Shown: one piece after another, positions 54,355 to 62,742 of the stretch | How positions within the stretch are numbered: position 1 is the first letter of the stretch | Layout: each line of letters starts with the position of its first letter | NCBI GenBank assembly: GCA_963731205.1 | Contig: CAVSUJ010000001.1 | Location: forward strand, 1,160,719-1,224,718 | Direction: 5' to 3' | DNA length: 64,000 nt | DNA from: an uncultured Actinomycetota bacterium | GTDB lineage: Bacteria; Actinomycetota; Actinomycetes; Frankiales; Frankiaceae | Program-made: the position numbers and the translations under genes | The notes under the pieces: model-generated | What the model saw: only the letters and a program-made list of their open reading frames with translations | Databases searched by the model: none | Told to the model about the DNA's origin: nothing

Positions 54355-55056
54355 TCAGGGCTGGAACCGATAGCCCATGCCGGGTTCGGTGAGCAGGTGA
54401 CGCGGATGGCCGGGCTCGGGTTCGAGCTTGCGGCGCAGTTGGGCGATGTAGATACGCAAGTAGCTGCTGTCGGTGTAGCCCTGCTGCCCGCGAAGCTCGG
54501 CGAGCAGGGCGGCCTGCGTGATCAGCCGGCCGGGGTGGGCCAGCAGGCGGCTGAGCAGCCGCCACTCGTTGGGGGTCAGCGCCACCCGCTCGGGTCGGCC
54601 GTCGGCGCCCGGACGCTCGGCGGTCATGGCTGCCAGGTCGATACTCGTGTCGCCTACCTTGACGAGCGCCTGGGCGTCGAGCGTCACGGCGCGGCGGGTG
54701 GCGGCACGCAGCCGCGCCACGAGTTCGTTGACGTCGAAGGGCTTCGTGACGTAGTCATCGGCGCCGGCTTCGAGCGCGTCGACTTTGTCGCCGCTGCTGG
54801 TGCGGCCCGACAGCACGACGATCGGGGTACGTGAATAGGCACGGACGGCGCGGATGATGTCCATGCCGTCGAGGTCCGGGAGCCCCAGGTCGAGGACGAT
54901 GACGTCCGGAGTGTGTGCCGCGGCCTGGTTGAGCGCATCGCCGCCGTCGGCAGCAGTGCTGACGTGGTAGCCCCGTGCGCTGAGATTGAGCGCCAGTGCC
55001 CGGCTGATATCAGGGTCGTCCTCGACCACCAGCACGCGTGTCTGCTGCTCGGTCAT
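54355..55056 (-). CDS. kdpE: two-component response regulator KdpE (OmpR family)
   Basis: Receiver domain VLVVEDD...VIVLDLGLPDLDG plus a winged helix LTPNEWRLLSRLLAHPGRL..GYRF, directly downstream of kdpD. Confidence 0.9.
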   Translation of the reverse strand: MTEQQTRVLVVEDDPDISRALALNLSARGYHVSTAADGGDALNQAAAHTPDVIVLDLGLPDLDGMDIIRAVRAYSRTPIVVLSGRTSSGDKVDALEAGADDYVTKPFDVNELVARLRAATRRAVTLDAQALVKVGDTSIDLAAMTAERPGADGRPERVALTPNEWRLLSRLLAHPGRLITQAALLAELRGQQGYTDSSYLRIYIAQLRRKLEPEPGHPRHLLTEPGMGYRFQP

Positions 55057-57643
55057 CGGGCAGCCTCGGAGTGTCGCGGGCCCGGGCGCTTGCCAACGGC
55101 AGGGAGATGATGACCGTCAGGCCGCCACCCGGGGTGTCGTCCATCGTCAGTGAGCCGCCCATGGCCTCGGTGAAGCCGCGGGCGATCGCGAGGCCCAGCC
55201 CGACGCCGGGGCTGCCCGTCGTGGACAGGTCATCGCGCCGCTGAAAGGGCGCAAACGCCTGCTCCCGCTCATCTTCCGGGATGCCGGGGCCCCGGTCGAT
55301 CACCCTCAGCTCGACGTTCGCGCCATGTGCGCTTCCGGTCAGCAGAACGGGCCGCTCAGGTGGGTTGTAACGCAGCGCGTTCTGCACGATGTTGGCGATG
55401 ACGCGATCGAGCAGACCCGGATCGGCAAGCACCTCGGGCAGGTCGGTCGCCACGTCGACCTCGACCGATCCCGGCGGCGCCCCGAGGTGATCGACGGTGA
55501 CGCTGACGACCTCCTCCAGACCGAGTGGGCGGGGAAAGACCGACAGCACATCAGCTTGCAGCCGCGAGAGATCCAGCAGGTTGGTGACGAGTTCGGTCAG
55601 CCGGTCCAGCGCCGCATCAGCGCTCGCCAGGAGTTGCTGACGGTCAGATTCCAGCCAGTCCACTTCATGCGAGCGCAGGCTGGTGACGGTGGCTTTGGCA
55701 ACCGCGAGCGGGCTGCGCAGGTCGTGACTGACGGCGTTGAGCAAAGCGGTGCGCATCCGGTCGGCCTCGCGCGCCGGTATCGCCTCGGCGGCTGCCTCGC
55801 GGAGCTGTCGCTGCTGGTACGCCACGGCCACCTCGGCGGCGAACGCGGCGAGCACCCGGCGGTCCTCGGCGGGCAAGCTGACGGCCGCGCAACACCAGCG
55901 CGAGGTCGTCGTCGACGGGCACCTCGATGTCGCCCTCCTCGGGCTGCATGCACGGCTGGTCGCCGACGCTCGCCAGGCAGGTCCACGTCCCGCGCAGGGT
56001 GCCGGTACGCATCGCCTGCCCCGCACCACCCTCGCTGCCGGGAGCGTCGTTGGTGCGCCGCAGCAGGCTGACGGCGTTCATCCCGAACGTCTCCAGCACC
56101 CGGTCCAGCAAGGCCGGCAGGGCTTGCTCGCCACGCAGCAGGCTGCCGGCGAGCGTGAACAGCGTTTCGGCTTCGGCGCTCGACCGGGCGGCCTCGGTGC
56201 TGCGCCTGGCCGCGATGTCGACGACGACGCTGACCAGGCCGGCGACGACCACGTAAACAGCGAGCGCGACGACGTTGTCGACGTTGTAAATGGTGAAGCT
56301 GTGGATGGGCGGGGCGAAATACCAGTTGAGCACCAGCGCGCTGATGATCGCGGCGGCCAGTGCCGGGAAGATGCCGCCGACCAGGGCCACCACCACGACG
56401 ATCAGCAGGTAGATGAGCGCGTCACTGGCGAGGGTCGTGTGGTGGCGAACCCCAGCAAGCGCAGGCGTTATCGCCACGAGGGCGAGAGCGCCGACGAGCG
56501 CGCCGAGCAGCCGCCGGCGAGGGGTGAGGCCGCCGCCGAGCCTGGGCAGCCCGCGCCCCTTTCCGATGTAGTCGTGGCTGACCATGTGGACATCGATCGG
56601 GCCCGACAGCCGCGTCACCGTCGCCCCCACCCCGGCGCCGGTGAGGGCGGCACGCAGCGGCGAGCGGCGGCTGCCGCCGAGCACGATCTGGGTCGCGTTG
56701 TGAGCCCGCGCGAAGTCCAGCAGCGCGCGCGGGACATCGTCGCCGATCACCGAGTGGTAGCTCGCGCCGAGCGACTCCGCCAGCAGCCGTTGCGACGCGA
56801 GTGCGCGATGCTGGAGCCGGTCAGCCCGTCGCTGCGGGCCACATGGACGGCGAGCATCTCGCCGCCGGTGGCCCGGGCGGCGATACGGGCGCCGCGGCGC
56901 AGCAGGGTGTCGCCTTCAGGCCCACCGGTGAGAGCCACGACCACCCGCTCGCGGGTCTCCCACGTCCCCTCGATGCCGTGCTGCTCGCGATAGCGCTGCA
57001 GGCCGTCGTCGACGGCGTCGGCGAGCCACAGCAGGGCCAGTTCGCGCAGCGCCGTGAGGTTGCCGGTCCGGAAATAGTTGCCGAGCGCCGCGTCGACCTT
57101 CTCGGGCGCGTAGATGTTTCCGTGGGCCATCCGGCGGCGCAGCGCCTCCGGCGTCATGTCGACGAGTTCCACCTGATCGGCGGCCCGCACCACAGAATCG
57201 GGGACGGTCTCGCGCTGCGGGATGCCGGTGATGGCTTCGACGACGTCGTTGACCGATTCCAGGTGCTGGATGTTGACCGTGCTGATGACGTCGATGCCGG
57301 CCTCGAGCAGGAGTTCCACGTCCTGCCAGCGCTTCTCGTGCGCCGAGCCAGGCACGTTGGTGTGAGCCAGCTCGTCGACCAGCGCCACCCGCGGCCGCCG
57401 GGCCAGCACCGCCTCGGTGTCCATCTCGCTGAAGCTGGCGCCCCGGTAGCTCATCTGCTTGCGCGGGATGAGTTCCAGACCCTGCAGCTTTTCCGCCGTG
57501 CGCGGGCGATTGTGCGTCTCGGCGAAGCCCACGACGACATCAGTGCCGCGGCCGGCCCGGCGATGACCCTCATCGAGCATCGCCATCGTCTTGCCCACCC
57601 CTGGCGCTGCACCGAGGTAGACCCGCAACCGCCCGCGTGCCAT
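55010..57643 (-). pseudogene. kdpD: sensor histidine kinase KdpD, reading frame broken twice (about 56800-56812 and about 55870-55885)
   Basis: Three consecutive track ORFs in different frames together make one KdpD. 56747..57643 is the KdpD N-domain (GAAPGVGKT). 55665..56750 holds the Usp domain, 4 TM helices and GAF. 55010..56029 holds HisKA/HATPase (SHDLRSPL). Continuity across the junctions is ...SDGLTGSS|ALASQRLLAESLGASYHSVIGDD and ...LRGRQL|PAEDRRVLAAFA. Confidence 0.7.
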
Positions 57644-57653
57644 GCCTAGGCCT

Positions 57654-58583
57654 TCACTTGCCGTTGGAGGGCTGGTAGGGATAGAGGCGGTCGAGCGCGA
57701 GGTTGGCTTCCAGGACGTTCACCCGGGGCTGACCGAGGAAGCCGAGATCGCGTCCGGCCCTGTACTTGTCGATGACGGCAAGCACCTGAGCGGTGGTGAT
57801 GCCGCGCGCCTTGGCGACGCGGGGCGCCTGCAGATCGGCATAAGCCGGGCTGATCTGCGGGTCGAGCCCGGAGCCGCTGGCGGTGACGGCGTCAGCGGGC
57901 ACGGCCGGATGTGCCGGTGCGTTGCCGCGGATCGGCACGATCTGGCCCGTGGAGTAATCGGCGCCGCCCTCCCCATGCATTTGCTCCGCAAAACTCCCAC
58001 ACTCCACCTTCACACCCTTGTAGGTCGCGATGAACGGCTTGGTCGGGCAGGCCTCGTTGACGCTCACCACCCGGCTGATCTTCCCCGCATACCCGGGACC
58101 CGTCCAGAACACCGCGAGCACCGCCCCGACCCCGCTGGGGGTGCAGAAAGGCCTTGAGCCATCGACATGTTCGAGCTTGCCGACAGCCAGGCTGCGGCTG
58201 CACACCTGCGTCAGCAACGACTGCTTGCCGGTGTCGCCCTTCACCTTCGGGTCGGGCAGGGTGTCGACGATCGACTCCGGGCCGAGGTTCGATGCGCTCG
58301 AGGCGGTCGGGTCGTAGCCGGCACCTGCCGCCGACGGCCGCGACTGCAGGTACTGCACCAGCGGGTTGCCGTTCTTGTCCGTGAACGATTGCCCGATCAG
58401 TGTCGAGCCGACGACCTTTCCGTCGACCTTGACGAGCGAGCCGTCGGCCCGCGACTGCAGCCCGGGAATCTGAGCGACCGCCGTGACCGCCAGCGGGTAG
58501 AGCACCCCGAAGATGACAGTGAAGATGATGAGAATCCGCAGTGCCGCCGCATGCTGGCGAAGGGCAGAGAACAAGCGCGCCAT
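57654..58583 (-). CDS. kdpC: potassium-transporting ATPase subunit KdpC (unusually long, 309 aa)
   Basis: N-terminal TM helix, then GSTLIGQSF, VTASGSGLDPQISP and the C-terminal NVLEANLALD. An extra segment of about 100 aa containing 4 Cys lies between the conserved blocks. Confidence 0.9.
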   Translation of the reverse strand: MARLFSALRQHAAALRILIIFTVIFGVLYPLAVTAVAQIPGLQSRADGSLVKVDGKVVGSTLIGQSFTDKNGNPLVQYLQSRPSAAGAGYDPTASSASNLGPESIVDTLPDPKVKGDTGKQSLLTQVCSRSLAVGKLEHVDGSRPFCTPSGVGAVLAVFWTGPGYAGKISRVVSVNEACPTKPFIATYKGVKVECGSFAEQMHGEGGADYSTGQIVPIRGNAPAHPAVPADAVTASGSGLDPQISPAYADLQAPRVAKARGITTAQVLAVIDKYRAGRDLGFLGQPRVNVLEANLALDRLYPYQPSNGK

Positions 58584-58585
58584 GG

Positions 58586-60730
58586 CTATCGGATCCCTGG
58601 GATGAATTGGATGATGAGGTCGATGACTTTGATGCCGATGAAGGGCGCGATCAGGCCGCCGACCCCGTAGACGTAGATGTTGCGGCGCAGCATTTGCGAC
58701 GCGCTGCTCGGCGTGTAGCGGACGCCCCGCAGGGCCAGCGGTATCAGGCCGATGATGATGAGCGCGTTGAAGATGACGGCGGAGAGGATGGCTGACTGCG
58801 GCGAGTGCAGCCGCATGATGTTCAGCCTGTCCAGACCGCTGTAAACGCTGGCGAACATGGCCGGGATGATGGCGAAGTACTTGGCCACGTCATTGGCGAT
58901 GGAGAACGTCGTCAGCGAGCCCCGGGTGATCAGCAGCTGCTTGCCGATCTCGACGATCTCGATGAGCTTCGTCGGGTTGGAGTCGAGGTCGACCATGTTG
59001 CCGGCCTCCTTGGCGGCCGACGTCCCCGAATTCATCGCGACGCCGACATCGGCCTGCGCGAGCGCGGGTGCGTCGTTGGTGCCGTCGCCGGTCATCGCGA
59101 CGAGCTTGCCGCCCTCCTGCTCCTTGCGGATCAGGGCCATCTTGTCCTCGGGCTTGGCCTCGGCGAGGAAGTCGTCGACCCCCGCCTCCTCGGCGATGGC
59201 CCGGGCCGTACGCGGGTTGTCGCCGGTGATCATCACGGTGCGGATGCCCATGGCCCGCAGCTCGTCGAAGCGTTCCCGCATGCCCTGCTTGACGACGTCC
59301 TTGAGGTGGATGACCCCGAGCACCCGGGTGACGCCATCGCTGGATTCCGCGACAACCAAAGGGGTTCCGCCCGCGGCCGAGATGCCGTCGACGATCTCGC
59401 CCGTCTCGTTCGGCACGTCACCGCCCTGCTCGCGGACCCACGTCATGACCGAACCCGCAGCGCCCTTGCGGATCTGGCGGGACGGCGAACCGTCCTGCGA
59501 GAGGTCAACCCCGCTCATCCGGGTCGACGCACTGAACGGCACGAAGATGGCGTGGGTGAGCTCGCCGGCGTGCCGCTCGCGTAAGCCATAGAGATCCTTG
59601 GCCAGCACGACGATGCTGCGGCCCTCGGGCGTCTCGTCCGAGAGTGACGAGAGCTGCGCGGCATCGGCAAGGTCGGCCTTCTTGATCGTCCCGACCGCGA
59701 TGAATTCGCTCGCCTGACGGTTGCCGAGCGTGATGGTGCCGGTCTTGTCCAGCAGCAGGGTGTCGACGTCGCCGGCCGCCTCGACAGCACGACCGGACAT
59801 GGCAAGCACGTTGCGCTGCACCAGCCGGTCCATGCCCGCGATGCCGATGGCGGACAGGAGCGCGCCGATCGTCGTCGGGATGAGGCACACCAGCAGGGAT
59901 ACCAGCACGATTCCGGTGACGCCGTTGGCCCCGAGAGCGGACGTGTTGGGGATGCCGGGCTGGTTGACCTTCGAGAAGATGGCGAGCGGCTGCAGGGTCG
60001 CGACCGCGAGCAGGAAGATGATGGTCAGCGAGGCGAGCAGGATGTTCAGCGCGATCTCGTTGGGCGTCTTCTGCCGGCTCGCACCCTCGACGAGCGCGAT
60101 CATCCGGTCGATGAAGCTCTCCCCCGGCTTCTGAGTGATCTTGATGACGATCCGGTCGGACAGCACCTTCGTGCCGCCGGTGACGCTGGAGCGGTCACCG
60201 CCGGACTCCCGGATGACCGGAGCCGATTCACCCGTGATGGCCGACTCATCCACCGACGCGACACCTTCGATGACGTCGCCGTCGCCCGGGATGAAATCCC
60301 CCGCCTCGCAGACGACGATGTCGCCCTGTGCCAGCTGCGGCGCCGGCGCCGACTCCTCACGTACCTGGGCGGCCGGCATGCCCGGATCCCAGTTGATGAT
60401 CCGCCGCGCGACGGTATCGGTCTTGGCCCGGCGAAGCGCCTCGGCCTGCGCCTTGCCCCGGCCTTCGGCCACCGCCTCCGCGAGGTTGGCGAAGATGACC
60501 GTCAGCCAGAGCCACACGGTGATCTGGATGGCGAAGCTGGTGTGGTCGCGGATGGCGAGCACCGTGGTGAAGATCGAGCCGATCTCCACGATGAACATGA
60601 CCGGATTGCGCCAGAGCGTGTACGGGTTCAGCTTCTTGACGGCGTCCGGGAGGGACCGCAGCAATTGCTTGGGATCGAGCAGCCCACCCGAGACCTTCTT
60701 GCGAGCTGTCGGCTCGGCGATCGAAACCAT
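58586..60730 (-). CDS. kdpB: potassium-transporting P-type ATPase subunit KdpB
   Basis: LLDKTGTIT phosphorylation motif, MITGDN and [10 protein letters not shown]; 714 aa. Confidence 0.95.
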   Translation of the reverse strand: MVSIAEPTARKKVSGGLLDPKQLLRSLPDAVKKLNPYTLWRNPVMFIVEIGSIFTTVLAIRDHTSFAIQITVWLWLTVIFANLAEAVAEGRGKAQAEALRRAKTDTVARRIINWDPGMPAAQVREESAPAPQLAQGDIVVCEAGDFIPGDGDVIEGVASVDESAITGESAPVIRESGGDRSSVTGGTKVLSDRIVIKITQKPGESFIDRMIALVEGASRQKTPNEIALNILLASLTIIFLLAVATLQPLAIFSKVNQPGIPNTSALGANGVTGIVLVSLLVCLIPTTIGALLSAIGIAGMDRLVQRNVLAMSGRAVEAAGDVDTLLLDKTGTITLGNRQASEFIAVGTIKKADLADAAQLSSLSDETPEGRSIVVLAKDLYGLRERHAGELTHAIFVPFSASTRMSGVDLSQDGSPSRQIRKGAAGSVMTWVREQGGDVPNETGEIVDGISAAGGTPLVVAESSDGVTRVLGVIHLKDVVKQGMRERFDELRAMGIRTVMITGDNPRTARAIAEEAGVDDFLAEAKPEDKMALIRKEQEGGKLVAMTGDGTNDAPALAQADVGVAMNSGTSAAKEAGNMVDLDSNPTKLIEIVEIGKQLLITRGSLTTFSIANDVAKYFAIIPAMFASVYSGLDRLNIMRLHSPQSAILSAVIFNALIIIGLIPLALRGVRYTPSSASQMLRRNIYVYGVGGLIAPFIGIKVIDLIIQFIPGIR

Positions 60731-62397
60731 CAGTGGAGCCCTTCAGCGAGCGGTCCGAGTGCCATGGCAGGGAAGTACGTGAGCGCGACCACGATGACGG
60801 TCACTCCAGTCAGTAATCCGATGAACAAAGGCCGATGGGTGGGCAGGGTTCCGGCCGAGGCGGGCACCGGTCTCTGCTTGGCGAGGGAGCCGGCGAGACC
60901 GAGCACGAAGACCATCGGGAGCAGCCGGCCGAGCAGCATCACGACGCCGAGCACGGTGTTGTACCAGGTGGTGTTGACGCTGATGCCGGCGAAGGCGGAG
61001 CCGTTGTTGTTGGCTGCGGAGGTGAAGGCGTAGAGCACCTCGGACAGCCCATGCGGACCGGAATTGAGCATCGACGCCCGCTCTCCCGGAAGCGCCATCG
61101 CCAGCGCCGTTCCGGCCAGTACGAGCGTGGGTGTCGTGAGCAGATAGAGCGACGCGAATTTCACTTCGCGGCCGGCGATCTTCTTGCCCAGGTACTCGGG
61201 CGTTCGGCCGACCATGAGACCGGCGATGAACACGCTCAGCACCGCGAGGATCAGGATCCCGTAGAGCCCGGATCCGGTGCCGCCGGGCGCCACCTCGCCG
61301 TACATCATGTTCAGCAGCGCGCCGGCGCCGCCGAGGCTGGTGTAGGAATCGTGGAAGCTGTCGACGGCGCCCGTCGAGGTGGCCGTCGTCGCCGACGCGA
61401 AGATCGAGGAATCAGCCACTCCGAAGCGGGTTTCGGTCCCTTCCGTCGCCGCTCCGACGGCGGTGGGCACCGTGCCGTGATGGGCCGCCTGCGAGCCGAA
61501 GATGATGGCCGTGCTCGCGACGAAGATGAGCACCATGACGGCGACGATTGCCAGGCCCTGGCGCTTGTCCTTCACCATCCGCCCGAAGGCCCGCGGCAGG
61601 GAAAAGCCGATGGCGAGGATCAGGTAGACCTGCAGCCAGTTCGTCCACACCGTGGGGTTTTCGAAGGGGTGCGCGGAGTTGGCGTTGAACGGGCCGCCGC
61701 CGTTGGTGCCGAGTTCCTTGATGGCCTCCTGGCTGGCGATCGCGCCGCCGGGAAGCGTCTGCGAGGTGCCGGAGGGGCCGGTGACCGTGCGGTAGTGGTA
61801 CCAGGTCTCGATCGCGCCGGCGCCGACGAAGACGATGGCGACGATGAATGAAATCGGCAGCAGGATCCGCACGCAGATGCGGGTGAGGTCGACCCAGAAG
61901 TTGCCGAGCCGGTCGGTGCGATTGCGGGTGAAACCGCGCACGAGCGCGATCGCGACCGCGATACCGACGGCGGCCGAAGCGAAGTTCTGCACCGTGAGCC
62001 CAGCGGCTTGCGAGGCGTAGCCGAGGGCGTTCTCCCCCGAGTAGGACTGCCAGTTGGTGTTGGTGACGAAGCTCGCGGCCGTGTTGAACGCCTGGTCCGC
62101 ATGCATCTGCGGCACCGCATAGGGATGGCCGAACAGATGCGCCTGCTGGACGCGCAGGAATGCGTAGAGCCCGAGCACGGAGACCAGCGAGAACGCGAGC
62201 ACGCTGCGCAGGTAGACGCCCCACGTCTGCTCGGCGCCCGGATCGATGCGCACGACGCGATAGATCCAGCGCTCGGGCGCGAGGTGCTTCTCGCTCTGGA
62301 ACACCCGGGCCATGTAGTCGCCGAAGGGGCGATAGGTCGCGGCGAGCGCGATGGCCAGCGTGACGAAGAAGAGGAGGCCTGCCGTCGTCGCGCTCAT
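60730..62397 (-). CDS. kdpA: potassium-transporting ATPase subunit KdpA
   Basis: 555-aa polytopic protein with KdpA selectivity-filter-like segments ([30 protein letters not shown]). Confidence 0.95.
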   Translation of the reverse strand: MSATTAGLLFFVTLAIALAATYRPFGDYMARVFQSEKHLAPERWIYRVVRIDPGAEQTWGVYLRSVLAFSLVSVLGLYAFLRVQQAHLFGHPYAVPQMHADQAFNTAASFVTNTNWQSYSGENALGYASQAAGLTVQNFASAAVGIAVAIALVRGFTRNRTDRLGNFWVDLTRICVRILLPISFIVAIVFVGAGAIETWYHYRTVTGPSGTSQTLPGGAIASQEAIKELGTNGGGPFNANSAHPFENPTVWTNWLQVYLILAIGFSLPRAFGRMVKDKRQGLAIVAVMVLIFVASTAIIFGSQAAHHGTVPTAVGAATEGTETRFGVADSSIFASATTATSTGAVDSFHDSYTSLGGAGALLNMMYGEVAPGGTGSGLYGILILAVLSVFIAGLMVGRTPEYLGKKIAGREVKFASLYLLTTPTLVLAGTALAMALPGERASMLNSGPHGLSEVLYAFTSAANNNGSAFAGISVNTTWYNTVLGVVMLLGRLLPMVFVLGLAGSLAKQRPVPASAGTLPTHRPLFIGLLTGVTVIVVALTYFPAMALGPLAEGLH

Positions 62398-62486
62398 CAG
62401 AACTTCTCCGGGAAGAGCAACGCGATGATCAGGAAGATGGTGAGGCCGATCGCCAGGATCAGGCCGACCAGATTCTCAGCGGTCAC
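62397..62486 (-). CDS. kdpF: potassium-transporting ATPase subunit KdpF (29 aa)
   Basis: My translation is [29 protein letters not shown]. The LLFPEKF ending is the KdpF signature. The stop overlaps the kdpA ATG (ATGA). It is too short for the ORF track. Confidence 0.85.
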   Translation of the reverse strand: MTAENLVGLILAIGLTIFLIIALLFPEKF

Positions 62487-62563
62487 AGCTTTTCCGCTCC
62501 CCGAACGATGACCGCCAGCACGGCGAACACCGCGAGCGTCAGCAGCACCATCCAGAAGTCCAT
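62483..62563 (-). CDS. 26-aa single-TM micro-protein translationally coupled to kdpF
   Basis: My translation is [29 protein letters not shown] 62563 is preceded by GGAGGGGAGAG, and the stop overlaps the kdpF GTG (GTGA). Confidence 0.5.
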   Translation of the reverse strand: MDFWMVLLTLAVFAVLAVIVRGAEKL

Positions 62564-62584
62564 GGGACTCTCCCCTCCGCAGCT

Positions 62585-62602
62585 GCCGGTGAATTCACCG
62601 GC
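62585..62602. promoter_or_regulatory. perfect 18-bp palindrome in the kdp leader
   Basis: GCCGGTGAATTCACCGGC lies 22-39 nt upstream of the micro-ORF ATG. It could be a 7-bp RNA hairpin or a dimeric operator. Confidence 0.4.
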
Positions 62603-62654
62603 GCCTCGGAATGAAACGCCTGCTGAAGGGGGTGAAACGCGATCCTGACGCGAT

Positions 62655-62708
62655 CTTCACGGGTCGATACGCGACCCTCACGGGATCCTCACGACTTCCT
62701 CACGCCGG
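62655..62708. promoter_or_regulatory. helically phased direct repeats upstream of the kdp operon (candidate KdpE/OmpR-family binding sites)
   Basis: CCTCACG starts at 62676, 62687 and 62698, exactly 11 bp apart. CTTCACG sits at 62655, 21 bp before the first. On the kdp sense strand the repeat reads CGTGAGG. Confidence 0.4.
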
Positions 62709-62742
62709 CGGCCCGTTCCCGTGGCCACGGAGCGAGAAGCGG

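Noticed and set aside
55010-55056. 47-nt kdpD/kdpE overlap as evidence for a third kdpD frameshift
   Set aside because: A third frame would end ...SEAAR* in a canonical ATGA overlap with the kdpE start, which is tempting. However, I cannot tell from the sequence alone whether the real C-terminus is the long or the short version, so I made no call.
62564-62742. Possible c-di-AMP (ydaO/kimA-type) riboswitch upstream of kdp
   Set aside because: Some Firmicutes place this riboswitch before kdp. I could not recognise its pseudo-symmetric conserved core here. The region is better explained by the direct repeats and the palindrome.
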